Made by a program: the position numbers and the translations under genes
In this document: positions 7,565 to 17,083 of the stretch, piece by piece
How the letters are laid out: the number at the start of each line of letters is the position of its first letter
Numbering within the stretch: the first letter of the stretch is position 1
Source: a virus
Length of the DNA: 64,000 bases
Virus record (IMG/VR): IMGVR_UViG_3300045988_075126
Span: 64,137-128,136 of that record
Strand: one strand, 5' to 3'
The notes under the pieces: model-generated
The model's database searches: none
Told to the model about the DNA's origin: nothing
What the model saw: the letters and a program-made list of their open reading frames with translations, nothing else

Positions 7565-10500
7565 ATGGCAGAACTAGAATTTAACCTCCGAGCGAATTTC
7601 TCCCAAATCAAGGAAGCCAAGGAAGAGCTTGAAAGATTGCGTGGTGAATTGTTGAAGACTTCGAGAGCGACAGATAAATCTGTGGTTCAAGACCTCACGG
7701 ATAAATATGCTGAACAAAAGCGTAAAGTAACCGAATTAAGCGAAGCAATGGGTCGTTATGCTATGGTAACGAGCAGCGATTATGCAAAGAAAATGCAATC
7801 TTTGACACGGGAAGTATATGCTTTTGAATTGCAAGCCGACTCGTCCAGGCGAAAGATAGAGAAGCTTTCCAATGAGATAGCGAAGATGGAAAGCAAAATG
7901 CGCAGAGGTGGTCTTGATGTAGGAACAAGCGCAATTCTTTCTGATAACATATCATCCGGCTATGCCTCGTTGAAAGACGAAAAGGCTAGACTGGAGAATC
8001 TTACTGGATTAGGCAAGCAAGCGAGACAAGAGTTACAGAATATGCAAACGGAATATGCTAAGTATTCGGGTTCTGTGTCTCCTGCTAAGGATATGACCAA
8101 TCAAATGACAAATGCATTTGCCCAAATGATTGCTGAAATGAAGCAAGCTCCTACAGTCGGTGAAGGTATTTCCTCATTGTTTGGTCGTTTGAATGGTGAC
8201 GCAAGACAACTAGCTATGAGTTTAGTTGGTGGTCTGGGCTTTGAACAATTGGCTGAGCACATCTTTAACGTTCGCTCTCAATTCCAACAATTGGAGATTT
8301 CTTTTACAACAATGTTGGGTAGTGAGCAAAAGGCTGGTGCGCTTATGGATGAACTTATCCAAACTGCTGCTCGCACACCTTTCAACATGACAGACGTTAC
8401 TGAAGGCGCAAAACAACTCTTAGCATATGGAATACAAGCCAATGAAGTAAATGACACCTTGGTACATTTGGGTGATATAGCTTCTGGCCTTAATATTCCT
8501 TTGTCGCAGCTTGTTTATTTGTACGGCACGACCATTTCGCAAGGAAGAATGTTTACAATTGATTTGCGTCAATTCATGGGTCGAGGCATTCCGATGGCCG
8601 AGACCTTGGGGCAAATTATGGGTAAGACCGTATCCCAAGTGCAAGAGGCTGTAACGAAAGGTGAAGTCGGTGCAGATCTTGTGAAAGAAGCGATTGTGAA
8701 GATGTCAAGCGAGGGCAGCAAATTCGGAGGCTTGATGAACAAGCAAGCCGAAACCCTTCAAGGTCGTTGGTCGAACATAGAAGATACGATAGACCAAGCA
8801 ATCAACTCTATAGGACAAAAGACACAAGGAATCTTTGGAACAGGTCTTGACTTAATATCTTCTCTGATAGAGAATTGGGAAACTTTGGTTAAAGTTATTG
8901 GTTCAGCGGCTGTTATGGTCGGAACTTACAAAGCTGGCTTGATGGCAGCGGCAAGCATTCAGAAGGTTCAGAATGCTATGACAATGGCATCAATCACAGA
9001 GGAACTTGATTCTAAGTTAGGAGAGGCAAGAGACCAAGAAAACAACTTCCGTTCCTTAAATGGTAAAGACACCAAGCAGTATCGGGCAAATAGATACAAG
9101 GCTTTAGGTGATGCTATTGCCGATACGTCAAACATTGGTGATGATAAGACAGAGGAAATCGTTTCAAAGCAAATTGAGATGGCGAGGAACGAGGGTCTTA
9201 TCACCGAGCAGATGGCTCAACAACTCCAAACAAAGCGAGATTTATTGGTTGCCCAGCAAAAGGCTGCTGATAATGAGCGCATGGAGTATGAGAACGCAAA
9301 GCGGACAAAAGAAATAGAAGAGGAAGCCGCACGACAAAAGAGAGCCGATGCGGAAATGGCTGCTGAAATTAACGCAAAGGCTGCAAAGAAAGCCACTATA
9401 GACGAGGCTAATAATACTCCTTTGGGTAAGGCTATTCTTAACACAAATGCTATAGAGGAAAAGAAAAAACTGGCAGAAGCAAGCATCGAATTTGCCAAAG
9501 AAGAGGCAAGGGAACAACATGGAATTGTAGAGGAAATCGGTGCTCAAATCAAGAAGCAAGAAGAACTTGTAGCCGCAAAAAAGGAGCAGGTAAAGTCTTC
9601 ATACCAAGATGTGATTGATTTGGGCGGTTATGATGATGGCTTTGGTGATGATTTGAAATTACGAGACCAAGCAGTAAATCAATATGTGGCTGAGCAGCAA
9701 AAGTTGAACGACCTCAAACAGAAGAGTTACGAGGCTTCTCAAAAGGCATATCTCGCAGACCAAAAAGTATTGGGTATGCAAGAAGACCTTAAAGGTGTAA
9801 CCCAAGAGCTTAATCAAGCTATAGAGGAGGAAAACCGAATCTATGGAGAAACTGGCTCTAATGCGGACGAGATAAACAAGCTGGTGAATGAGGGGGTTGC
9901 GGCAAAAGAGGGCGATACGGCTGCGGTTAATGCAAATACTACTGCCAAACAAGGGAATACGACATCTGAGAATGCGAACTCTGCGGCACGAAACGCTAAT
10001 GCCGGAGCTACTACAAGACAAACTGCATCAAATGCAGCAAACACAACCACAGAGAATGTTAATTCAGCGGCTACCGGAGCGAATACGACTTCTCAAAACG
10101 TGAATACAAGTGCGAAGCAACGCAATTCCTTTGTTACAAGCATGATGTCAGTTGGTACAAAGGCTGCGACCTTGGCTCAATCGGCTTTTTCGTGGGCAAC
10201 CAATGCGTTGACAACGAGCTTGCGTAGTCTTTGGGCTACTATGGTTTCTAATCCATTGACTTCTGTCATTACTTTAGTGAGCACAGCTATTTCTGTATTC
10301 TCTTTGTTTGGTGACGAAACGGAAGATGTTGCGACCAAGACTGCAAACATGGGGAATAAAGCATCTGAGGCAAGTGCTAAGGTTCGTTCCTTGTTTGCTA
10401 TCTTGGGGGCCGGCAAGGATGCGGAAAACCACAAAGAGACAATAGATGCATTGAAAAGCGCATACGAAGAGTATGGCGTAAAGCTCGATGAAACAATTAT

Positions 10501-13500
10501 GAAGTCCGAAAACGAAGCTTCAAAGGTACAAGAGCTGATGAAGCATAAGGAAGATTTGATAGGCGTTATCGAAGAGCAAACTATTGCCATGGAACATCAA
10601 AATGCCGTACAGCAAGCGTATGACGATTATAATACCAGTAAGAATTCCGCAAAGATGGATTTTCAGGAGGCAACTAAAGGCGTGCTTACAAGTGATCAAG
10701 CTGCGTTTGCCACCATTGCGGTAAAGGATGAAGATTTAGATAAACTTATCGAATTAAGCAAGAAATATAAGGAAGTTAGAGACAATTCGGAAGAAATGTA
10801 CAAACTCAACCAGCAGTATGCTTCTGTCATGGATAAGGTTTCCGAAGGTGTAATGAGATATTATAAAAACCTTCATCTTTCTGATGAACAAATAAGAAGT
10901 ATAACGGGAGCAACAAATGAATACATTTCTACTATTACCCATTCAAAGGAAGCGTTAAATGAGAGGGTTAAATCTGAGAACAAAGCTAAAGTTGCAGCGG
11001 AGAATGCTAGTAAAGAGGTAAGAAAGCTTTCAGATAGTACAAAGGAGAATGCCGAACGTAACAGGTTGGCGAAAAAGTCATTTAAGGAAATGGCTGTTGA
11101 AATGGATGAAATCCGAAAGATTTGTGAAAGAACTTATCATATGAAAATCAAGGTGGACTATGACGATAAGTCATTGCCCGCTTGGATTAAGAATATGTCT
11201 CAGAGCCAAAGGGCAGGAAGTGCAAGAGCAAGATTGGCATGGTTGAAAACCCATAAGCCGGGAGATACAACAAAGAAGTTTGGTGGAACTAATAAGAATT
11301 ATTGGACTATTTATAATGAAAGCCGAGGGCTTCAATACAAGGGGGAAAAGGTAGAGAGTACACCAACCGAGACTGAGGCTCAGAGAAAGAAACGTCTCGC
11401 TGCTGAAGCTAAGAAAAAACGTGAAGCGGAACGTGCGGCAACTAAGGCAGAGCGTGAAGCAAATCAAAAGGAAACGATGGCTGGTAATAAGCGCAAGGCA
11501 GAGGAGGACTATGCTAAGTCTATTTCTTCCTATTCGGAGAAAGCCAGTGATGAGTTGTCAAAGCGAAGAACGGAATTGATTAAGAATGAGACCGAAAAGG
11601 AGATTGCTCAAATTAATATGTCTTCAGACAAGGAGAAAAAGGCTATAGAGGATTCGATTGACAAACTCGTTGAGGCTAAGAAGAAGAAAGACCAGATTGT
11701 TTGGGTAAATTCGGGAAAAGGTCGTAAAGCCAGCATGTGGAAACAGGGTAAGTCCGATGCGGAATACCGCAAAGAGGTATTGGGCACACAAATGGTTGAC
11801 GACAAGGGTAATCATCTTGGGAAGACCATTGGACAGAACTCTGAAGACCAAATTGCCTTGATTGAGAAACAGAGGCAATTAAAGCTGAAGGAAATCCAGC
11901 AAGCGGAGATAAAGGACATGTTGGATTTCATGAAGCAATACGGCAGCTTAGAACAACAACGTTATGCTATTGTAAAAGAATACACGGACAAGATAGACCT
12001 TGCAAGAGAAAAGGGAGATACTTTTGGTGCAGCGAACGCTGAAATGGAGATGAACGACCAGTTGAAGAAGTTGAATTTTTCGGATTTCAAGGATTCTATC
12101 AATTGGGATGTTGTCTTTCAGGATATGAACCGATTGAGTATTCCTTATCTTGAAGACCTTCGCAAGAAGATGAAGGAGTTGCTTGGTTCGGGTACGTTGG
12201 AAATTGATGACATGAAAACCGTATCTGACCAAATCTACAAGATTGATGATGCGATTTCCGAGCAGAAGGATAGATGGGGATTGGTTAATGATGCAGTCCG
12301 TGAACACCGTAGGCTTATTGATGAGGCGAAGGATGCGCAAGACCGATTGGCACAAGCTAGAAAGGTGGAGTTTGATGCCAAGGCTGACAACATGAGCCAA
12401 AGGAGAAAAATCCAAGGTGTGTTTGCGGAAAGTGGGATTAATATAGATACCAGTAATATTACTTCTGCCAATAAGGACAGACTAATGGGTTCTACCAAAA
12501 ATCTCAGTGTAAGCCAAACGGAGAAGTTACGTAAGCTTTTTGATGATTTGGCGGTTTCAGAGGTTAAGGTTGGAAAGGCAACAAAGGAAGTCGGAAAGGC
12601 GCAGGAAGAAGCCAAGGTAAAGCAGGATGCCGCAAAGAAGAGCTTGCACGATACTATCGAGGAATGGGCTGAGGGTTTGAGTAAAATCCAAGAGAAACTA
12701 AAAGACCTTCCTGGGTTAGTCGATGCTTTGGGTCTCGGAAACACAGGCTTTGGTAAAGCTGTGAATAACGGAATGGATGCATTGAACAGTGGAACACAAG
12801 CCTTTTCTGATTTTGCAAGCGGAAACTACATAGGCGCAGCTATGAATGGAATAAAAACCATTGGTTCGTTGGGCAAGATGTTCGGTATTGGTGGAGGTAA
12901 TGGTGCAGAAGTTGCGAAGAAAACTGAAGAGCTGACCGAGAGCAATGACAGATTGATGTATTCCATTGATAAGTTAAAAGAGTCTATTGACAAATCTTCC
13001 GGTTATACAGCCGTCAGCAACTATAATGCTGCTTACGATGCTCAAAAGCAGGTTAACACCCAAACGATGGATATTCTCAAAACACAAATGGGGTATCATG
13101 GTGCACACCATTCAAATGCTTATTATTGGAATCTTTCTGCACAAGATTATGCGGCAATCAATAAGACTTTGGCACAGCAATCGGCAGTCAGAGGCGGTTA
13201 TACCAATTCTTCGATAAACAAGGTTAATTCCTTGGAGGATATATACAAGCTCACTCCAGAGCAGATGGCTGACATTCGTACACATAATGCGGATGTATGG
13301 AAGAACATGACCGACCAAGGCAAGTATGATAAGACGGAATATTGGGAGCAATATACAGAACTGGCGGGAAAACTAGAGGAGTTGACGGAGCAAATCAATG
13401 AGAATTTGACTCAAACAACCTTTGATTCGATGAAGAGTGACTTCATAAACAATCTTATGGATATGAGCAAGTCTGCAAAGGATTTTTCTAATGACTTCAC

Positions 13501-14098
13501 TACAATGCTCAGCCAGTCGATGCTCAACTTCGCTTTGGGAGACCTTATGAATAAAAAGCTTAAGCCTCTTTATGAGAGCTGGGCAAACAAGATGAAGGAG
13601 AATGGAGGAAGGCAGCTCACGCCAACCGAATTGAATAATCTTAAAGAAGAGTATGATAAGATAGTTCAAGAGGGTTTGGCTATTCGTGATAATATTGCTG
13701 ATATTACGGGTTACAAGCAATCTTACGAGCAGTCCGCTTCTTCCGGTTCTTTTGAATCAATGAGCCAAGATACAGGAGAAGAGTTGAATGGTCGTTTCAC
13801 AGCGGTACAAATTGCTACAGAGGGAACGTATGAGGAAACAAAGCTCATAAATACCAAGTTGGATGCTATTGCGGCTCGTGATGGTGGCACAGAGGGTAGC
13901 TTATTAACGGCTAGCGTGAATACCATTATGGGTAATGTAGGTAATATATGGGTTGCCGTTGATGAGGGAAGAACCATTCTTGCACAAAGCTTGATGTACT
14001 TGCAGTCGATAGATGAGCGACAAGAAAGCTGGAATAAGCATATTTTACTGATGAGCCGTAATCTTGACACTATCAAAAACAAGGTGGATAGGTTGTAA
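7565..14098 (+). CDS. tail tape measure protein
   Basis: 2177 aa, coiled-coil rich; tape-measure core LEISFTTMLGSEQKAGALMDELIQTAARTPF..GAKQLLAYGI..LGDIASGLNIPLSQLVYLYGTT..GRMFTIDLRQFMGRGIP; hydrophobic segments near residue 870. Confidence 0.9.
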   Translation: MAELEFNLRANFSQIKEAKEELERLRGELLKTSRATDKSVVQDLTDKYAEQKRKVTELSEAMGRYAMVTSSDYAKKMQSLTREVYAFELQADSSRRKIEKLSNEIAKMESKMRRGGLDVGTSAILSDNISSGYASLKDEKARLENLTGLGKQARQELQNMQTEYAKYSGSVSPAKDMTNQMTNAFAQMIAEMKQAPTVGEGISSLFGRLNGDARQLAMSLVGGLGFEQLAEHIFNVRSQFQQLEISFTTMLGSEQKAGALMDELIQTAARTPFNMTDVTEGAKQLLAYGIQANEVNDTLVHLGDIASGLNIPLSQLVYLYGTTISQGRMFTIDLRQFMGRGIPMAETLGQIMGKTVSQVQEAVTKGEVGADLVKEAIVKMSSEGSKFGGLMNKQAETLQGRWSNIEDTIDQAINSIGQKTQGIFGTGLDLISSLIENWETLVKVIGSAAVMVGTYKAGLMAAASIQKVQNAMTMASITEELDSKLGEARDQENNFRSLNGKDTKQYRANRYKALGDAIADTSNIGDDKTEEIVSKQIEMARNEGLITEQMAQQLQTKRDLLVAQQKAADNERMEYENAKRTKEIEEEAARQKRADAEMAAEINAKAAKKATIDEANNTPLGKAILNTNAIEEKKKLAEASIEFAKEEAREQHGIVEEIGAQIKKQEELVAAKKEQVKSSYQDVIDLGGYDDGFGDDLKLRDQAVNQYVAEQQKLNDLKQKSYEASQKAYLADQKVLGMQEDLKGVTQELNQAIEEENRIYGETGSNADEINKLVNEGVAAKEGDTAAVNANTTAKQGNTTSENANSAARNANAGATTRQTASNAANTTTENVNSAATGANTTSQNVNTSAKQRNSFVTSMMSVGTKAATLAQSAFSWATNALTTSLRSLWATMVSNPLTSVITLVSTAISVFSLFGDETEDVATKTANMGNKASEASAKVRSLFAILGAGKDAENHKETIDALKSAYEEYGVKLDETIMKSENEASKVQELMKHKEDLIGVIEEQTIAMEHQNAVQQAYDDYNTSKNSAKMDFQEATKGVLTSDQAAFATIAVKDEDLDKLIELSKKYKEVRDNSEEMYKLNQQYASVMDKVSEGVMRYYKNLHLSDEQIRSITGATNEYISTITHSKEALNERVKSENKAKVAAENASKEVRKLSDSTKENAERNRLAKKSFKEMAVEMDEIRKICERTYHMKIKVDYDDKSLPAWIKNMSQSQRAGSARARLAWLKTHKPGDTTKKFGGTNKNYWTIYNESRGLQYKGEKVESTPTETEAQRKKRLAAEAKKKREAERAATKAEREANQKETMAGNKRKAEEDYAKSISSYSEKASDELSKRRTELIKNETEKEIAQINMSSDKEKKAIEDSIDKLVEAKKKKDQIVWVNSGKGRKASMWKQGKSDAEYRKEVLGTQMVDDKGNHLGKTIGQNSEDQIALIEKQRQLKLKEIQQAEIKDMLDFMKQYGSLEQQRYAIVKEYTDKIDLAREKGDTFGAANAEMEMNDQLKKLNFSDFKDSINWDVVFQDMNRLSIPYLEDLRKKMKELLGSGTLEIDDMKTVSDQIYKIDDAISEQKDRWGLVNDAVREHRRLIDEAKDAQDRLAQARKVEFDAKADNMSQRRKIQGVFAESGINIDTSNITSANKDRLMGSTKNLSVSQTEKLRKLFDDLAVSEVKVGKATKEVGKAQEEAKVKQDAAKKSLHDTIEEWAEGLSKIQEKLKDLPGLVDALGLGNTGFGKAVNNGMDALNSGTQAFSDFASGNYIGAAMNGIKTIGSLGKMFGIGGGNGAEVAKKTEELTESNDRLMYSIDKLKESIDKSSGYTAVSNYNAAYDAQKQVNTQTMDILKTQMGYHGAHHSNAYYWNLSAQDYAAINKTLAQQSAVRGGYTNSSINKVNSLEDIYKLTPEQMADIRTHNADVWKNMTDQGKYDKTEYWEQYTELAGKLEELTEQINENLTQTTFDSMKSDFINNLMDMSKSAKDFSNDFTTMLSQSMLNFALGDLMNKKLKPLYESWANKMKENGGRQLTPTELNNLKEEYDKIVQEGLAIRDNIADITGYKQSYEQSASSGSFESMSQDTGEELNGRFTAVQIATEGTYEETKLINTKLDAIAARDGGTEGSLLTASVNTIMGNVGNIWVAVDEGRTILAQSLMYLQSIDERQESWNKHILLMSRNLDTIKNKVDRL

Positions 14099-14731
14099 TA
14101 CAAAAGGTGTGGAGAAATGCAACTAAGCGCAGGTATGCGTCCAGATGCAAGTCTTCACACCTTGAAAGTAGCCGAGGGAAAAATTTCCCCGAGGGTTCAT
14201 TTCCTAAATTTGTGAAATGAAGAAGTAAGAAGATGCTCGCTTGATAAAATTATCAAATGAGGGGTTAAGCATCATTTACCCCCATTGAAAGCAAATGGTA
14301 AGGTTTTTCACAAAGTTGTGAAAAATGGATGCAGGGCAAATCTCTATAAAATGTATTCATAGTAAGGGTATCAAATTTACCAAAAAGTGGTAAAAATAGG
14401 CAAAGATACAAAAATCCTATTAGTCTATATTATTTATCAGTAAGTATGGGTGTCGCAAATCACGACACCTCATTTGGCTATATGAATGTAGGTTTTAGAC
14501 AAAATTGGCAAAAACCTAAGAGTCCAGTAAAAACAGGAGTGACCTAATAGGAACTTTTCCCCCATTTGGGTGAAAACCATCGGGCTTGTTTTCTAGCTTG
14601 TTGAATGATTGGTGTTGTCTTCAAAGGTTCAATAGGACAGAATATCCGTCCTATTTATCCTTTGAAATGCAACCACAAATCACATTTGGATTGTGGAACG
14701 AACGCAAATCTGCTTTGGTTGCATCCTACAT
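14099..14731. other. 633-nt non-coding, hairpin/palindrome-rich region
   Basis: No ORF of 60 aa or more on either strand in 14104-14585. Stems at 14104-14163, 14241-14256, 14261-14282, 14304-14325, 14376-14394, 14449-14469, 14632-14654, 14667-14724. Confidence 0.6.
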
Positions 14732-15313
14732 TTATGGATTCTCTATTAAACTTTTTCTATCTATTGGTGGAACAAAAACTTTCTTTTCTTCCTTTTCTTC
14801 ACCAATTGCAAGAATATAATGCTTAGGATATGTTAGGCAATGAAACGTTACACGTTTTCTTCCATAATCCCATTCTGCCTTAACCACAAACTTATCATTC
14901 CTAAAGAAAAAGCTATTATTCTGGGTGAGTATGAAATCCTCCTTTAACTTCTTCTTAATAACATTGGTATTGATTTCTGTCAGCTCATATTTACTAGGTG
15001 ATATAGGAACATAAAGCATCTTCTTGGAATCTACATTCTTGTCATCTTCATATATAGCATCCTGCATCATTAAAAAGAAACTTCTATCAATACGCCCTAC
15101 ATACCTATCCATCACGGCATAACCTATAGTTCCATAGACATTTGCCAACGTTACGGTATCACCATCCATTTCAGATACATCATGTGTCTCTATATACTGC
15201 CCAAATGTCTGAAATCCTTTCTTGGGAACTACAGGCATCGCCTTGATATATTCTTGTGCCTTAGATGGCAATGCAAGCATTATTATTACGGCAACTAACA
15301 AATCTTTCTTCAT
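14732..15313 (-). CDS. secreted protein (signal peptide)
   Basis: MKKDLLVAVIIMLALPSKAQE: cleavable signal peptide; first gene product downstream of GIY-YIG in a minus-strand cassette. Confidence 0.6.
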   Translation of the reverse strand: MKKDLLVAVIIMLALPSKAQEYIKAMPVVPKKGFQTFGQYIETHDVSEMDGDTVTLANVYGTIGYAVMDRYVGRIDRSFFLMMQDAIYEDDKNVDSKKMLYVPISPSKYELTEINTNVIKKKLKEDFILTQNNSFFFRNDKFVVKAEWDYGRKRVTFHCLTYPKHYILAIGEEKEEKKVFVPPIDRKSLIENP

Positions 15314-15356
15314 AATCTAATTGTTTTAATTATCAATACTTGAGAGGAACGCTCAC

Positions 15357-15923
15357 CTAATTACTTTCCAGCTTGTCAAGCAAAGCCCTAGCCTCAGCGA
15401 TGGACGATGCGGAATACAACTCACCACCTTGTTTTATTAGGGCGATGAAATTATTGGCATGCCTATCCTCTACAAAACGAACAGTTCTGTTTTCCTCTAA
15501 CAAAGAAGACAAACTGACTCCTAACTTCTCGCTTGCAGCTTTTAGCTCATTGTACTTTAATTTTTTGTCACTAACATAATCCGTATTAAGAGGTGGTCGC
15601 AAGATTCTTATAAAGTCATCTTCATAAGCAGCATCGTTGCTCTCATTTAATGCGTATATACCAAACGAATTATATTTGTTAAATGCCTTTTGAACAAGAG
15701 GCAAACAATGATATTTACCTTTCATTCCCCAATAATGTTGTTGTACACGTTTTCTTAGATTAGATGACACACCAACATAAAAGGAATACCCAGAACCAAA
15801 AACTATTAAATATACACCATAATGCTTTGTACGATTTGGCTCATAAGGCATTAGTAACGTAAATTTACCATTTTGGTAATCAGCTAACTTACGGAAGCCC
15901 GATAACATTATATTTATTTCCAT
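15357..15923 (-). CDS. GIY-YIG family nuclease (homing-endonuclease-like)
   Basis: ORF track to 15932 (TTG); ATG 15923; YGVYLIVFGSGYSFYVGVSSNLRKRVQQH = GIY..YIG..R motif block. Confidence 0.6.
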   Translation of the reverse strand: MEINIMLSGFRKLADYQNGKFTLLMPYEPNRTKHYGVYLIVFGSGYSFYVGVSSNLRKRVQQHYWGMKGKYHCLPLVQKAFNKYNSFGIYALNESNDAAYEDDFIRILRPPLNTDYVSDKKLKYNELKAASEKLGVSLSSLLEENRTVRFVEDRHANNFIALIKQGGELYSASSIAEARALLDKLESN

Positions 15924-15928
15924 AAGAG

Positions 15929-16201
15929 TCAATGCACTTTTAAATTGATTTCTACATTCATAGGCTTACCACAATGAGGGCAGACTAAAGAAGTGCCCTG
16001 CTGGTCGTTTTCGAAGAACGAACAAATACTTATCTGCATAGCATCTGCAAGCCTTTGAAGTGTTTCAACTGTAGGGTTGGCACTATTCACTATTCGAGAC
16101 ATAGAAGACTGTTTTACCTCACGCCCCTCTATCTCCTGCATTTTGGCTCTTAATGATTCCAGAGTCCATCCATTATCTTTTATCGTTTTCTTTATATTCA
16201 T
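15929..16201 (-). CDS. XRE-family HTH regulator with C-terminal zinc ribbon
   Basis: ORF track to 16246, but the -7 box at 16236-16243 puts the start at ATG 16201 (MNIKKTIKDNGWTLESL..); HTH ..SSMSRIVNSANPTVETLQRLADAM..; C-terminal CPHCGKP. Confidence 0.7.
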   Translation of the reverse strand: MNIKKTIKDNGWTLESLRAKMQEIEGREVKQSSMSRIVNSANPTVETLQRLADAMQISICSFFENDQQGTSLVCPHCGKPMNVEINLKVH

Positions 16202-16235
16202 ATATACATTACTTATATGTGTTATTAATTTGGTG

Positions 16236-16266
16236 CAAAGATACAAAAAGTTATTGAAACAACAAA
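16236..16266 (-). promoter_or_regulatory. Bacteroides-type promoter for 15929-16201
   Basis: Reverse complement: TTTG (16263-16266), 19-nt spacer, TATCTTTG (16236-16243). Confidence 0.6.
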
Positions 16267-16375
16267 GAAAATAAGCAAAAATATGATTTTAAAGTGTTTT
16301 TTTTGTGAATATATATGAATTTCAAGCGTTATTTGTTAAGAAACATCAAAATATCGCATAAAAGTGATATTTTAT

Positions 16376-16406
16376 TTTGTTATATCACATAAAAGCGTTA
16401 TCTTTG
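16376..16406 (+). promoter_or_regulatory. Bacteroides-type promoter for the 16.5-17.7 kb operon
   Basis: TTTG 16376-16379, 19-nt spacer, TATCTTTG 16399-16406; leader TCGTGATTAAGAAACAAAGG resembles leaders at 20724 and 41784. Confidence 0.6.
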
Positions 16407-16465
16407 CATCGTGATTAAGAAACAAAGGTCACAATAACATTATTAATTTAGTTGAGGTTGCACCT

Positions 16466-16489
16466 CCGAGTCGGCACTCGTAAAACGGT
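16466..16489 (+). promoter_or_regulatory. conserved leader element, type B
   Basis: CCGAGTCGGCACTCGTAAAACGGT identical to 2397-2420; ATG 16498 is 8 nt downstream; preceded by hairpin GAGGT..ACCTC. Confidence 0.6.
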
Positions 16490-16497
16490 ATAGCAAT

Positions 16498-16680
16498 ATG
16501 ACTACTTCAATGATAAGAAGAAACTTGATTCAGAAGTTCGTTATGATAGAGTTCGTAAGCAACAGGATAAACACCCAAAAGGACGTTGATAGAATGTTGA
16601 ATATGATAACAATAAAGCTCAATATGAACAACGATGAGGCTAAGAGCTTCTTGCGTGAGAGCATCGGACTTGCAAAGTAA
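16498..16680 (+). CDS. hypothetical protein
   Basis: 60-aa ORF, ATG 8 nt after the leader element. Confidence 0.55.
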   Translation: MTTSMIRRNLIQKFVMIEFVSNRINTQKDVDRMLNMITIKLNMNNDEAKSFLRESIGLAK

Positions 16681-16714
16681 GTAATTTAAGTTTAACGTTT
16701 AAAATTGAAAGATT

Positions 16715-17050
16715 ATGGCTACTACATTTAAGAATATGATGAGAGAAGTGATGAATATGGCACACAGAGCCTTTCAGCTTAAAGGTGCTTATATGAGTTG
16801 GGCAGAATGCTTGAAGCAAGCTTGGCAGGTTATCAAGCTGAAGGCTCGCATGAAGAAGCAGGTCGTTGAGTTCTATTTTCAGAAAATGAATGGTGAGATT
16901 CGTCAGGCTTTCGGCACTTTGATGGAGAGTCATATTGACTACACTCCAAACGGCAAGGGTTACGCTTGCAAGGACTGCACAAAGTATTGGGATGAAGTTA
17001 AGGGCGAGTGGAGACAATTCAAGAACTACAACTTGATTAGAGTTGCTTAA
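16715..17050 (+). CDS. hypothetical protein (paralog of 2429-2767)
   Basis: 111 aa; see 2429-2767. Confidence 0.8.
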   Translation: MATTFKNMMREVMNMAHRAFQLKGAYMSWAECLKQAWQVIKLKARMKKQVVEFYFQKMNGEIRQAFGTLMESHIDYTPNGKGYACKDCTKYWDEVKGEWRQFKNYNLIRVA

Positions 17051-17083
17051 CAAGGTTATTAAGGATTTAAAAAGAAACTAGAT

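Noticed and set aside
7761-14103. About 25 ORF-track ORFs (60-170 aa) on the minus strand or in alternative frames inside the tape measure gene
   Set aside because: All lie inside a single uninterrupted 2177-codon ORF with clear tape-measure motifs. They are low-complexity translations (Ser/Leu/Phe/Cys-rich) with no starts aligned to promoters, which is typical of antisense noise in a long repetitive gene.
14451-14460. Shared 9-mer TGTCGCAAA between 14451 and 63873, considered as common repressor or integrase sites
   Set aside because: Thousands of identical 9-mer pairs are expected by chance in 64 kb. There is no further flanking similarity.
16640-17053. 137-aa minus-strand ORF opposite the paralog gene 16715-17050
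   Set aside because: The plus-strand ORF is supported by a conserved paralog (2429-2767). The antisense frame has no such support.
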